The position numbers and the translations under genes are program-made. Under the pieces are notes generated by a model that saw only the letters and a program-made list of their open reading frames with translations, ran no database searches and was not told where the DNA came from. From the IMG/VR virus record IMGVR_UViG_3300045988_147522: a stretch of 64,000 nucleotides of DNA; one strand, given 5' to 3'. This stretch comes from a virus. Each line of letters starts with the position of its first letter. Position 1 is the first letter of the stretch. Positions 27,301 through 35,950 of this stretch are shown here, piece by piece.

Positions 27301-28937
27301 TTTTTAGCAGCAGATTTAGTATTATGGGTTTGTTTCGTTGCACGGTTGACAAGATTAGCTATTGCGTCATCTATGTTTACATTATCAGCGACCTCGACAT
27401 CTGAAAACAAAAGTTTTACAAACAATGCTTTTGTATCTGTATCTATACCGTCAACGCTTGATAATACTTTTTTGATCTGATTACTCAAATCTTGATAATT
27501 TGATATATCAATCTTACCATTTTTAATATCGTCTATTTTAGACTGCACACTGCTTAATGTGTCAGCTAATTTTGGATTATCAAACGCTTTAATTATATCA
27601 GATACGGTTTGTTTAACTTTTTCTAAATTATCTGCTGTACTCGCTTCAGGATCAACAATCTTACTGTAGAAGTTATCCCATGTGGCACTATTTATATATT
27701 GTTCAATAAGAACTTGACTTTTACTATCTAATGTGCTAAACTGCTCATTAGTATAGTGAATATACGCATCAAGTACAGGCTTAAAACTATTGTTTACCAA
27801 ATCGTTAATTTGACGCTTTAAAACGGATTGCTGGTTTTTGACTGCCGATATTATGGTAGATAAGTCTTTTTCGTCTATCTCATCATAAAGATAAGACATA
27901 CCATACTCTGTACCGCCACCAGTCTTAACAAGATCTTCAATACCAGCACCTTTTAACGCTTTACTTAAAGCAGGAGTTAATTGAGTATCTTTTTTTTTAT
28001 TAAGATTCTGCACAAATTGGTCGAGTGCTTTAATTTGGGTGATGTAAGTTTCATCATCTGCACCCCACATACCTTGATTAGTCCAGATGTTTTCTAACGC
28101 TTTGCCAATACTATCCTGCTCTTTAGACACGATAGTTTCGTAATAAGCATTCTTTTCATTAGTCATTGCCTTGTTAAGAGCTTCAACATTGTTTTTACAC
28201 TCTAAGATAGCGTCATTCTGGGCTGAGTAACCTTTTACCAAGCCCGGATACATCTGTGCAATCTCATTAGAAAGTTCAATATATCTCTCATACTGAGTAG
28301 AGGTTAAAGAGATATTTTCTCCATAAGAATTAACACCATCAGCTAATTCGTAATATTCATTTTTGATTTTGTTTACAGATGCTGAATGAGATGTGTAGGC
28401 ATCTTTTTTGTCGTTAATCTCTGTTGTGATTTTTTCAAGGTCTGATAGGTTATTTTCAGCTCTGTTGATGTAATTATCAAGTGCTTCAAAACCAAAAGAA
28501 ATTGCAGTCATTACACCTTGTATAATAAGCATATTACCAATACCTGCGGCAATATTCTTTAACGAAGAGCCTAATGAAGATAGCTTGCCTTTAATGCCTG
28601 AAAAAGCACCAGACATTGATTGAGCATTTTTACTTAAGAGATTCTCTGATTCGGCATAATCTGTGTTGTATTGTATGCCTTTTAATAATTCTTGGTTTAA
28701 ATCTTTAGTAGCTTCTGCAAATTTTGACTGCTTGAGTATATCTGCTTCATTAGCAGTTACTGCATTTTTTAAAACCTTGACATCTAAGCTTTCAGCGTAG
28801 GTTTTATATTCTTTATATTTGTCAATAGCCTTGTCAATATCTTGCGTTGCTCTGGCTTTGGCAGCCGTAGTAAACCATCCGATGTGTTTACCATTATCAC
28901 TGTCTAAGTATGTTTGGAGTATCTTTCTCTTAGACAC
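24393..28937 (-). CDS. tape measure protein, C-terminal part (probable exon 2)
   Basis: Coiled-coil-rich with hydrophobic segments. TMP-type C-terminal region ASGTKSAKGGLSIVDEEGIGSELIP. The only start is a GTG with no SD, and an in-frame TAA lies two codons upstream. Confidence 0.75.
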   Translation of the reverse strand: MSKRKILQTYLDSDNGKHIGWFTTAAKARATQDIDKAIDKYKEYKTYAESLDVKVLKNAVTANEADILKQSKFAEATKDLNQELLKGIQYNTDYAESENLLSKNAQSMSGAFSGIKGKLSSLGSSLKNIAAGIGNMLIIQGVMTAISFGFEALDNYINRAENNLSDLEKITTEINDKKDAYTSHSASVNKIKNEYYELADGVNSYGENISLTSTQYERYIELSNEIAQMYPGLVKGYSAQNDAILECKNNVEALNKAMTNEKNAYYETIVSKEQDSIGKALENIWTNQGMWGADDETYITQIKALDQFVQNLNKKKDTQLTPALSKALKGAGIEDLVKTGGGTEYGMSYLYDEIDEKDLSTIISAVKNQQSVLKRQINDLVNNSFKPVLDAYIHYTNEQFSTLDSKSQVLIEQYINSATWDNFYSKIVDPEASTADNLEKVKQTVSDIIKAFDNPKLADTLSSVQSKIDDIKNGKIDISNYQDLSNQIKKVLSSVDGIDTDTKALFVKLLFSDVEVADNVNIDDAIANLVNRATKQTHNTKSAAKNTSTINGIIPVAIPVELGGVDTNNFVRSIKEQFADGTGLEEIQQEAANMGVNPLQTVFGNIDTNNREVLEWTDSNLEKYKTAIESWGSTVKDMKGTISTVFAGSDTFDGVEIAFSPMLQTPDGAVLLDADTVYEYIWSLIDEAGEGWTNEDLLKLDTKGIEIDGVKIKNLIADIGDTADHTAKTMHYLGTNGAISLAQKEIQGFNEWIDGLSNDDKQIVYQISCDTDTADFTLSEWQDKVKEYTKKNTDLINKVSKEQKDKTKEYLQSLDFNTISKLYNKKDNISSLEDIKKAVKDIKKEAEDKVTFKVSTEDATKKVTSVLSAFKAVKTAINEYNENGKLSFDTLEAVLSLDDSYINLLVNEQGELDLTSEKFRDLAKAQLERLKASYLQEAIDEVGKLKNETQALAYLQKSQDSAAKSATNLADKKWKEAYATAAAKDAEQGTGTLYQQTVIQAESAWRKKAALIDSYASSLSDLSTSTDEATSASEKYKKQIEKEEKALEKSKDALEKKKEALEDTKSGYEDALSAIESLVDWTEKYIKQTKQDEIDALQERKDKIDELIEKKQELLDKEKEEADFNKQLKEKENAVASNALSAAITGLDDSSAGKKAHKENVDDLVESREDLYDYLSDYQYDTRKEALDKLKEETDKHYDDEIQTIQDFLNNEVSLHRAACNMIDNDNGTLYNNLLWYCQNYTTTTEAEFNHMWQSAQSALYEYGTAQLNVMDLMNTLQSRIYDVDSAIANVTGSIDNYTSRIDSLKQKIDELGNSAQTTKAKIDSVKIQPSSITGHGYTITYNGKVYKTNQTNKEDAETYFISRISKDWYGGRALPAGSLWSKMKAYASGTKSAKGGLSIVDEEGIGSELIPTSLGNGRYTILPQGNPVFSKAMTNELFEFASAPTDYFAQKFGSEITPNVVNNKSTVVSPTIHINVQGDATQATVNALHKESEKIMNNTIKKLMSYTVNNRHL

Positions 28938-28963
28938 AATATATTAAATAAGAAGGTGTTTTA

Positions 28964-29428
28964 ATGCTTGAAGTAGCAATATGTCCAAAATGTGGAGAAG
29001 TTAATTACCCTGCATTGGAATCATATAAGAAATGTTATTGTTGTTGGGTTGGTTTTCTTAAAAGACCTCGTAAATTGCTTTTTGAAGTTACAGAACAATT
29101 ACAGCGAGAGCACTTTGAACGAGATGTTTTGGGAAGCAAAGAGGCTGAATATCTTTTTTGGTATGAAAAATTCCTTAAAGACTGTCCTGAATATGATAAT
29201 AGTCTATATGAAGAACACTTAAATAACAACAGACGCTGGGATTTAGTAACAAAACAACGACTTAATAAATTATCTTCCAAGCCAACTGTTAAATGTCCAT
29301 ATTGCGGTTCTTTGCGTACTACTAAAATTTCAACAAGTAGTAGAGTAGCTTCATCTCTCACACTCGGCTTAGCAAGCAATAAGATAGGCAAGAACTATCA
29401 ATGTAATGATTGCAAAGCCACCTTCTAA
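28964..29428 (+). CDS. zinc-ribbon protein (opposite strand, between the TMP parts)
   Basis: AAGGTG lies 6 nt before the ATG. Cysteine pairs CPKC...CYCC and CPYC...CNDC. Has its own terminator. Confidence 0.6.
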   Translation: MLEVAICPKCGEVNYPALESYKKCYCCWVGFLKRPRKLLFEVTEQLQREHFERDVLGSKEAEYLFWYEKFLKDCPEYDNSLYEEHLNNNRRWDLVTKQRLNKLSSKPTVKCPYCGSLRTTKISTSSRVASSLTLGLASNKIGKNYQCNDCKATF

Positions 29429-29438
29429 TTAATAATTT

Positions 29439-29470
29439 GAGCAGTGTTTTATAATACTGCTCTTTTTGTT
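29439..29470 (+). terminator. rho-independent terminator (+)
   Basis: GAGCAGT-loop-ACTGCTC followed by TTTTTGTTTGTTT. Confidence 0.55.
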
Positions 29471-29501
29471 TGTTTATAAAACTTTTCTTTTATATGATAG
29501 T

Positions 29502-29808
29502 CACTGTTGTCTCAGTGTCGATTTGGACTATACAATTTAAGGTCATTTCATATCGTTGAAACTACCTCAAGAGGCTTATAGTCTCTGAACCTCCGCTTAT
29601 GCGGCTGGATGCTGATTATGGCTTATTACGGCGGTTAGCTTTTGGCATACGCCGAACAATAACTTGTTTCTGACTTTCGTCTCCATATGGCGTATTGTTC
29701 ATCACCATTTCCCAGAACGGCTATCATTCCGTTTGCAGTTTAACCTCTCATTTAACGACATACATCACCATTTCTTGATTATAGCACGATTACGCTACTT
29801 TCTCAAAA
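29502..29808 (-). ncRNA. group I intron catalytic core
   Basis: Minus-strand matches to the classical P/Q/R/S elements: GTTCTGGGAAATGG (29705-29718), GCATCCAGCC (29603-29612), GGTTCAGAGACTATAAG (29575-29591) and GTATAGTCC (29525-29533). Consistent P3, P4, P6, P7, P8 and P9 pairings are present. Confidence 0.65.
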
Positions 29809-32800
29809 TAGATAGGCATACTCCTAAAACCCGTCAATTTGGGTTTACCCTTGTCGCTTCCCATTAATCCAGACAAAACGCCAGATATAGAAAGAGTACC
29901 AATGTTTGCTCCAAGATGAGAGAGCAATTCATTAGCTTGTGTTAAAAATCCTAACAATCCAGAGCCAGTATCAACTACGCCTTTAACAATATCACTTGAT
30001 ACTGTTGTTGTTGATAATTCCTGCCACTGTGCCTGAAATTGTTTTACTTTACCTTCGATACTATCTATGTACTTTTCGTGTTCCTTTAATGCAGAACCAT
30101 CTGAGTTCTTGGATGTATCTAATGAATTGATTGCTGTACCAATGTTTTGAATTACAGCAGAAGCGTAGTTAGACCTGTTCTTACCGGCGATAAGCTCAAG
30201 TAATGACGCTTTATTTTTATCAGCCAATTCATCCCATACGAGAGCGATATCTTTAAGAATATCATAAGTGCTACGGAATGAACCATTGTCCATAATATCC
30301 ACGCCTGAAGACGAAGAAGTTTTTGTTAAAGCTTTGATTTTGTCTTGAAGCTCAGAAGTTGTTGTGCACATTCCTTCCGTATCTTCTCCAGCCTTTTTAA
30401 GCTCCACCGACATACCTCTTAATCTCATAGCAAGCACTTTAAGTGCATTACCTGATTCATCTGCACTCTGTGTAACTTCGGTCATTGCGGTCAGCAACGC
30501 AATGGTTTCATCAAGGCTATTACCCGCAACAGCCATAGATGCGGCTGAGTTCTTCAAGCCTTCGCCTAAATCACCTGACGAGACAGCGTAATTATTACTC
30601 ACCTCATTAAGTTTATCGACAATGCTTTGTGCCGATGAAGCTTCCATATTAAAAGCTTTTAATATGGAAATAATGTCACTACTTGCTTCACCAACACCAT
30701 CCAAATCGTCACCGACATTAGCATATATGGTTGCTACCTCTGCCAATTGCGTTGAGTCAGGTATATCATAACCCATACGAGCAAAATCAGCGGTACTTGT
30801 AACAAAGTCACTAATAGTAGTACCCAGCTCTTTTGCTTTGCCAGTTGCCGTAGTTAAATATTTGTCATATGTCGAATCGGTGCTGTCTGTAACTTTCTTA
30901 AGCTCCACCATAGCAGTGTCTAACTCGGTTACAATGTGTATCATGTCTTGAACAGTAGCAATAGCTTTATTCATAGACGAAGTGATAAAATTCCACGAAC
31001 CATATTTAAGATAGTTCTTTGCAAGTGTGCGTAGAGCGGTTGCACCCATCAATCCAGCAGACTCGGCAGAAGTCTTAATATTTGCAAACTGTGACTGGAA
31101 AGATTTAAGCTGTTGGCTACTGACTTTTGCAGCATCTGATGTTTTATTTAAAATGGTTTCAATTTGTCCAGCATATTCTTGAGCAGCTTTAGGATTGCTA
31201 CTCGCAAATTTCATAACCTGCAAACGCAGTGTTTCTACTGCTTTGCTGCTTGCGATTGTGCTTTTACTTGCGGTTTCTAAACTCTGACTCCATTTAGTTT
31301 CAAATTTATGTAAAGCAGCATTATTTCCAAGCTTACCAGTTACTTGATTTGTAGCGGTTATTTCTTCGTTAAGTAATTGAAATTTTTGGAGGTAGTCACT
31401 AAGTTCGTTTTTAAAATTGTCAGGAATATTGTGTCCGTTAAGTAAAGATGTTGTTTGCTGACGCAAAGCTCGCATATTAGCCAAATATTTATCCAACTGA
31501 CTATTATTAATAACCTCGCCTGAGCCATTTAAAATATCATAATGATATCCTTGCGCTTTGCCAGTTGCGTTGGCAGTATTGAGCTTTTCTTTAATATTGT
31601 TAATCCTACTTTGAAGCTTGTCTATAAAAGAATCATCTGCACCATTCCATACACCATTTTCAAGTAGTTTTTCACATTCTTGGCGTATATCTTCCAAGTC
31701 CGCTTTTGCTTCTTGTAATTGTCCTTCGGGGATAAACGCTACATTTTTACTGCGGTTTTGAATGTCATCATATACTGTATCAATATCACTCCGAATCTTT
31801 TCTATTTCAGAACGATTGTTGTTTACAGTATTAGAGATAGAGGTCGATAACGCTTGTGCCTCTGTCGCAAAAGACGAAAGAAGTTCTTTTGGTACATCTT
31901 CTCCATTATTCCACATATCACCAATAATATCTTTTTTAGATATGAGGGTTGTAAGTTGAGACCATGCAGTACGATATTCAGACACAGTTAGCAAGCTTTT
32001 GTTTTGCTCTTGCGTTAATTGATTAGTTGTTTGTGATACAAGAGCTTCTGCGTCTTGAAACTCCTTTAAGGCAGCAGTGCTTTCTGTAATAACAGCCAAT
32101 TGACTTTGTAACTCGGAAGCGGATATTTCATTTGTGCGACCAGTAGGAGATACTACACGACTCCCTGTATCAATAAGTTCCTGTAATTCTGCTTTAGTTT
32201 TGTCTATAGACTCAGCACTAATTACACTATTTGAATTATGACTCTCAAGGATAGCATATAAGGATTGGGCAGTTTGAATAATATTATTAATTTCATTAAC
32301 ACTCTGTCTGCCTTCTGTATTGATTGCAGTTACATCTTGCAATAATTTTACAACCTTTTGGCTCAAATTGTCTAAATCAGCGACAGGAATTTCCAACCCT
32401 TGAGATAATGACTGTTCTAACTGTCTTCCTTCAGAAGCCAAACTTCTTGATACCGTAAGAAATTTCTCAATATCTTGTGTATTTAAAAACTGATATCCTT
32501 GTTTTTGAAGGTTTAAACCGCCAATAATGCTTTGGATTCTGCTCTGAATCTGAGATAGCTCTTTTGCAGTTTGCTGATAATTTGTCACATCGGCTGTCGT
32601 CCGATTGCTATTATTATTCTTGCTATATTGACTACGAGATGCTTTGACTGTATTTCCAGTAACACCAACCGAAATACTACCAATTGCTTTTTCAATGTCT
32701 TTCTTCAAAGACTTCATCGCGTTACTACAGTCAAACTTTTTAATTGTAACTACTGGAATTTTTGGAGGGTTTTTAAGAGATTTTTCAAATAGTGTCTGAA

Positions 32801-32993
32801 CGCTCTTTTTTAATTGGTCTTTGGCTTGCTTGCTCTGATCGGCTTCTATATTATATATTTTAATACCGTCAATAGCTTTAGCTAATTCTCCAACACTCTT
32901 TTTGAAAATTTTCTTGTCTTCGTTTCTTGTTCCAGCGATCACTTGGACGGAAATACCAAAAATATCATTTTCATTTGCCACACATACCACCAC
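29790..32993 (-). CDS. tape measure protein, N-terminal part (probable exon 1 plus a few intron-encoded codons)
   Basis: TP901-type TMP core AVSSGDLGEGLKNSAASMAVAGNSLDETIALLTAMTEVTQSADESGNALKVLAMRLRG. The stop at 29790-29792 lies inside the intron-like segment. Confidence 0.8.
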   Translation of the reverse strand: MVVCVANENDIFGISVQVIAGTRNEDKKIFKKSVGELAKAIDGIKIYNIEADQSKQAKDQLKKSVQTLFEKSLKNPPKIPVVTIKKFDCSNAMKSLKKDIEKAIGSISVGVTGNTVKASRSQYSKNNNSNRTTADVTNYQQTAKELSQIQSRIQSIIGGLNLQKQGYQFLNTQDIEKFLTVSRSLASEGRQLEQSLSQGLEIPVADLDNLSQKVVKLLQDVTAINTEGRQSVNEINNIIQTAQSLYAILESHNSNSVISAESIDKTKAELQELIDTGSRVVSPTGRTNEISASELQSQLAVITESTAALKEFQDAEALVSQTTNQLTQEQNKSLLTVSEYRTAWSQLTTLISKKDIIGDMWNNGEDVPKELLSSFATEAQALSTSISNTVNNNRSEIEKIRSDIDTVYDDIQNRSKNVAFIPEGQLQEAKADLEDIRQECEKLLENGVWNGADDSFIDKLQSRINNIKEKLNTANATGKAQGYHYDILNGSGEVINNSQLDKYLANMRALRQQTTSLLNGHNIPDNFKNELSDYLQKFQLLNEEITATNQVTGKLGNNAALHKFETKWSQSLETASKSTIASSKAVETLRLQVMKFASSNPKAAQEYAGQIETILNKTSDAAKVSSQQLKSFQSQFANIKTSAESAGLMGATALRTLAKNYLKYGSWNFITSSMNKAIATVQDMIHIVTELDTAMVELKKVTDSTDSTYDKYLTTATGKAKELGTTISDFVTSTADFARMGYDIPDSTQLAEVATIYANVGDDLDGVGEASSDIISILKAFNMEASSAQSIVDKLNEVSNNYAVSSGDLGEGLKNSAASMAVAGNSLDETIALLTAMTEVTQSADESGNALKVLAMRLRGMSVELKKAGEDTEGMCTTTSELQDKIKALTKTSSSSGVDIMDNGSFRSTYDILKDIALVWDELADKNKASLLELIAGKNRSNYASAVIQNIGTAINSLDTSKNSDGSALKEHEKYIDSIEGKVKQFQAQWQELSTTTVSSDIVKGVVDTGSGLLGFLTQANELLSHLGANIGTLSISGVLSGLMGSDKGKPKLTGFRSMPIYFEKVA

Positions 32994-32994
32994 C

Positions 32995-33513
32995 TTATTT
33001 CAACTTTGCTATAATTTTTGTTGTAATACTTTTTTTGAAGTCTGAATTGTTTAGTTCTGCTCTCGTTGACGCTATAGGATTACGAACCCCCATAAAAGCA
33101 TATTTTTTGGCATCATATCCGATAGCTCTCCATAAGTCAGAGGTGTAACTATATCTCTTTCTGGTATATCCATTCCGACCATATCCTGCTATCCAACGAA
33201 TCAATGCGTCCGATGTAGTGGTTGGCACTTGATGAGTAACAACTGAGCGGTTTGGTGTTGCGACAGAAGTTATGATAATCTTATTGCTCTCTTGGGACAC
33301 ATCTTGAATTTGGGAGCTGCTTCCTAAGCCATTCACACTACGCCTTACATAAGTTGTAGGAGTATATGTATCATAAATATCTGCTTTGATATTTTTTCTT
33401 AATTTGTCTTTAATATCTTGAGCAATATCGGTTTTTAAAACCTGAGAAGCCGCCTTGTTAATTGCTTTGACAAATGTGTCATACGAATTGAAAGTCTTGA
33501 TACCACCAGCCCC
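32995..33513 (-). CDS. open frame of 173 codons at the chaperone-T position; start unresolved
   Basis: The frame is open from directly after the TAA of the upstream gene. No ATG/GTG/TTG occurs in the first 59 codons. The listed GTG at 33336 is preceded by protein-like in-frame sequence. Confidence 0.45.
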   Translation of the reverse strand, partial: GAGGIKTFNSYDTFVKAINKAASQVLKTDIAQDIKDKLRKNIKADIYDTYTPTTYVRRSVNGLGSSSQIQDVSQESNKIIITSVATPNRSVVTHQVPTTTSDALIRWIAGYGRNGYTRKRYSYTSDLWRAIGYDAKKYAFMGVRNPIASTRAELNNSDFKKSITTKIIAKLK

Positions 33514-34161
33514 TTATTTAGCAGAAGGGAAGAGGGGAAGTGGACTGTTGTTTGGTTTATCTTCTTCCTCTTTGATAATGTGGTTTACCATATCCATCAT
33601 CTTATTGAGGTCTACCTTATCGCCAATAGACGATATGTTTTCAGTTAATGCTTTAAACTGATTCATAATTAATGCAGTTTCATAGGTCTTTTCGGAGATT
33701 TCCTTTTTCTGCATATATTCAATTCTCTTCTGAACACCTTCATATATTAACGCCAATTCTTTTTGATTGATTTTACTTTTAACAAACTCTGCAACACCTG
33801 TTTCTGTTACAAAAGAATACATTTTTTCAAAAACAGTAGGAATTGCAAAATTTGCATACTCTCTAAGAATCTGCATGTCAATCAATGTAGATGTGATTTC
33901 GGGAAGGTATCTATTTTCTGATATATCAAATACAGTTTCCGCTACTGTACTACAGATATTTGAAAGGCGTACTGCTCCGATAGTATGTTTAATTCTTAAA
34001 GAGATGTGTTCTATTTCTTCAGGCTTTTTATCATCTGTTGTTGCTGAATGAAATACATAATCATAAAACTTTGGCTCATTTTTTTCTGCGTAATAAATTT
34101 TTCCAAAAGTCATTACTGGAATTTCTTTATAATCTTTTTTTTTATTTGTGCCTTTTTTCAT
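33514..34161 (-). CDS. tail assembly chaperone-like protein (call by position)
   Basis: ATG at 34161 after AAAGGA. Helical, with an acidic C-terminus, immediately upstream of the TMP region. Confidence 0.4.
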   Translation of the reverse strand: MKKGTNKKKDYKEIPVMTFGKIYYAEKNEPKFYDYVFHSATTDDKKPEEIEHISLRIKHTIGAVRLSNICSTVAETVFDISENRYLPEITSTLIDMQILREYANFAIPTVFEKMYSFVTETGVAEFVKSKINQKELALIYEGVQKRIEYMQKKEISEKTYETALIMNQFKALTENISSIGDKVDLNKMMDMVNHIIKEEEDKPNNSPLPLFPSAK

Positions 34162-34174
34162 ATATAAAATCCTT

Positions 34175-34711
34175 TCATTCCTTGTGCCGTATATTAATGT
34201 TATGTACAGCATAATTTCCGATACAGATAGCATCCGAAATGTTATCGTTATCGGTATCAATGTCATATTTATTCTTTACATACTGCAACGATAGTATTTT
34301 ACTTTGTTTTTTCGCTTTGTTATCGTTAGGAATAGTTGCAGTGATTTTTGCTTTAATTTCTTTACTTGTCCTGCTCCTTGCGTTGCAATAATTTTGCCAC
34401 ACAGAGGGTGATATGAGTTGGTATAAATAATGTTTTTTTTCACAGAGGTTAATCAATACGCCTTGTAACTGTGCCAAATTTTTAAATACTGATACATTAG
34501 CTCTCAAATTAATATCCTCAAGAAATACAACTGAGATCTTTCTCTTTGTGATAAGTTGACTAATATACTTTTCAATCTCACAAACAGCCTCTGAAAATGT
34601 GTATTTACCATTAGGAAAACTAAAACTGCCATAGTCTACAAGCTTTTGCTTTTCGTAGTCGTATATCGCCCAACCACCGTTGCGAGCCTGATCAACCGCT
34701 AAAATTCGCAT
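34175..34711 (-). CDS. RuvC-like Holliday junction resolvase
   Basis: MRILAVDQ (catalytic Asp), VVFLEDIN (Glu) and DNISDAICIG (Asp), typical of phage RuvC-fold resolvases. Confidence 0.7.
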   Translation of the reverse strand: MRILAVDQARNGGWAIYDYEKQKLVDYGSFSFPNGKYTFSEAVCEIEKYISQLITKRKISVVFLEDINLRANVSVFKNLAQLQGVLINLCEKKHYLYQLISPSVWQNYCNARSRTSKEIKAKITATIPNDNKAKKQSKILSLQYVKNKYDIDTDNDNISDAICIGNYAVHNINIRHKE

Positions 34712-34777
34712 TTTATTTACCTCCTAAAAAGAATAGGGAAGATAAGGGAGAAAAATCCCATCTTCCCTATAAGAACA

Positions 34778-35104
34778 TCATTTCTGACTACTATTATCTT
34801 CGTCAGTTTTCTTTGTAATTGCTGCTTTCCCTCGCTTTGCGGTTGCTACTCCATTGTTAATAACATTGCCCTTAATAAGTACATCCCTTATTTCTGGCAT
34901 CATGGATTGTGTAGCCTCTTTACTAATCTGTGCAAACTGCTCTTTGAGTTCTTTCGGGGAAGCACCAAGACGCATATCCTGTATAATCGAGTAAATTTGA
35001 TAGTGTGCTGGCGTATCGGCAACTGCCCTCCATCCACCATATTTAGAACAGTTCACACAAACTTCATATTCTTTACCACAAATGAGGCACTTTCTGATAG
35101 CCAT
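34778..35104 (-). CDS. zinc-ribbon protein
   Basis: CLICGKEYEVCVNCSKYG at the N-terminus. Confidence 0.5.
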   Translation of the reverse strand: MAIRKCLICGKEYEVCVNCSKYGGWRAVADTPAHYQIYSIIQDMRLGASPKELKEQFAQISKEATQSMMPEIRDVLIKGNVINNGVATAKRGKAAITKKTDEDNSSQK

Positions 35105-35106
35105 AA

Positions 35107-35934
35107 TTATGCCTCAGCTTCGTCTTCAGGAATAACTACATAGAACTGTTCTTTATCTTTAGAACAATAGTTAGTCATACCTTCAAATTCGATAGGCTGT
35201 GTGCCATCTGGTTTAATTTCGAGTGAAAAATTGTTAGAAAGCTTTGCTCTTTCAAATACAATAATTGTATAAATCTTTGTTGATGGATCACAAACATCAT
35301 GACAAATGCTATCAAGAACAAAAGTACCAGCCTTAGAAAAGTTATCACTTGAGTTGGTAATCTTAACCGCATTCTCCATCTCACACTTATAGATAACAAT
35401 AAATGTCATAGGAGAACCGTCTTCTCTCTTAACAGGGATATCATCACCAAGAGTGATAGTTTTACCAGCAATAGTGAAGTTTGTTTTATTTGTTGCAAGG
35501 TCACTCGCTGTGACTGCAAATTTCTCACCAAGACCGCCCTCTGTAGTAAGTGCCCAAATAGCTGTTACAGGACTTGTCGTGAGAGGAGTCCAGTTGAGTG
35601 TAATTGTTTTAGCAGTAGGGTTTGCCTCAAGAACATCTACCTTCTTGGTTACAACCTTCTTATCAGCGGCACCAACTTCTTTCTTTGTACCCAACTGGTC
35701 AGCAAATACACCAAGATTAATAACAGAGTTAGATGCTGTAAATTTTGAAGTCTTAGTTCTGTCAAATGAACCAATTGTTGCACCGACATTATCTGTAGCA
35801 TTTACTGCTTCGCCACCGCACTCAAGTGTGCCATCTTTAATCTGATTAGCTGTCCACTCAATATCGCCTGAACTAATGTCCTGCTTTGTAAGACGAGTAA
35901 CCCTGTCAAGCACAAGATTGTCAATATTATACAT
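35107..35934 (-). CDS. major tail protein (call by position)
   Basis: 275 aa, beta-rich, strong AGGAGG, preceded by a terminator-like hairpin and located upstream of the chaperone and TMP. Confidence 0.5.
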   Translation of the reverse strand: MYNIDNLVLDRVTRLTKQDISSGDIEWTANQIKDGTLECGGEAVNATDNVGATIGSFDRTKTSKFTASNSVINLGVFADQLGTKKEVGAADKKVVTKKVDVLEANPTAKTITLNWTPLTTSPVTAIWALTTEGGLGEKFAVTASDLATNKTNFTIAGKTITLGDDIPVKREDGSPMTFIVIYKCEMENAVKITNSSDNFSKAGTFVLDSICHDVCDPSTKIYTIIVFERAKLSNNFSLEIKPDGTQPIEFEGMTNYCSKDKEQFYVVIPEDEAEA

Positions 35935-35950
35935 AATAAATCCTCCTTAT

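Noticed and set aside
26773-27480. The 235-aa + strand ORF, and similar long antisense ORFs at 35453..35845, 40045..40488, 45816..46193, 49160..49579 and 53924..54316.
   Set aside because: All lie wholly inside longer, motif-supported minus-strand genes, lack SD sequences and have Ser/Leu/Cys-rich shadow-ORF composition.
29035-29391. The 118-aa minus-strand ORF as a coding exon or intron ORF of the tape measure gene.
   Set aside because: It is in a different frame from both TMP parts. Its low-complexity L/S/R-rich sequence is typical of the antisense of a real gene, and it is fully antisense to the SD- and terminator-equipped zinc-ribbon ORF 28964..29428.
33514-33516. Genome-wide stop-codon reassignment as the explanation for the in-frame TAA.
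   Set aside because: TAA, TAG and TGA all terminate well-supported genes in this window. Examples are TAA after TMP at 24393, TAG at 35977 and TGA at 15828. Long genes translate cleanly in the standard bacterial code.
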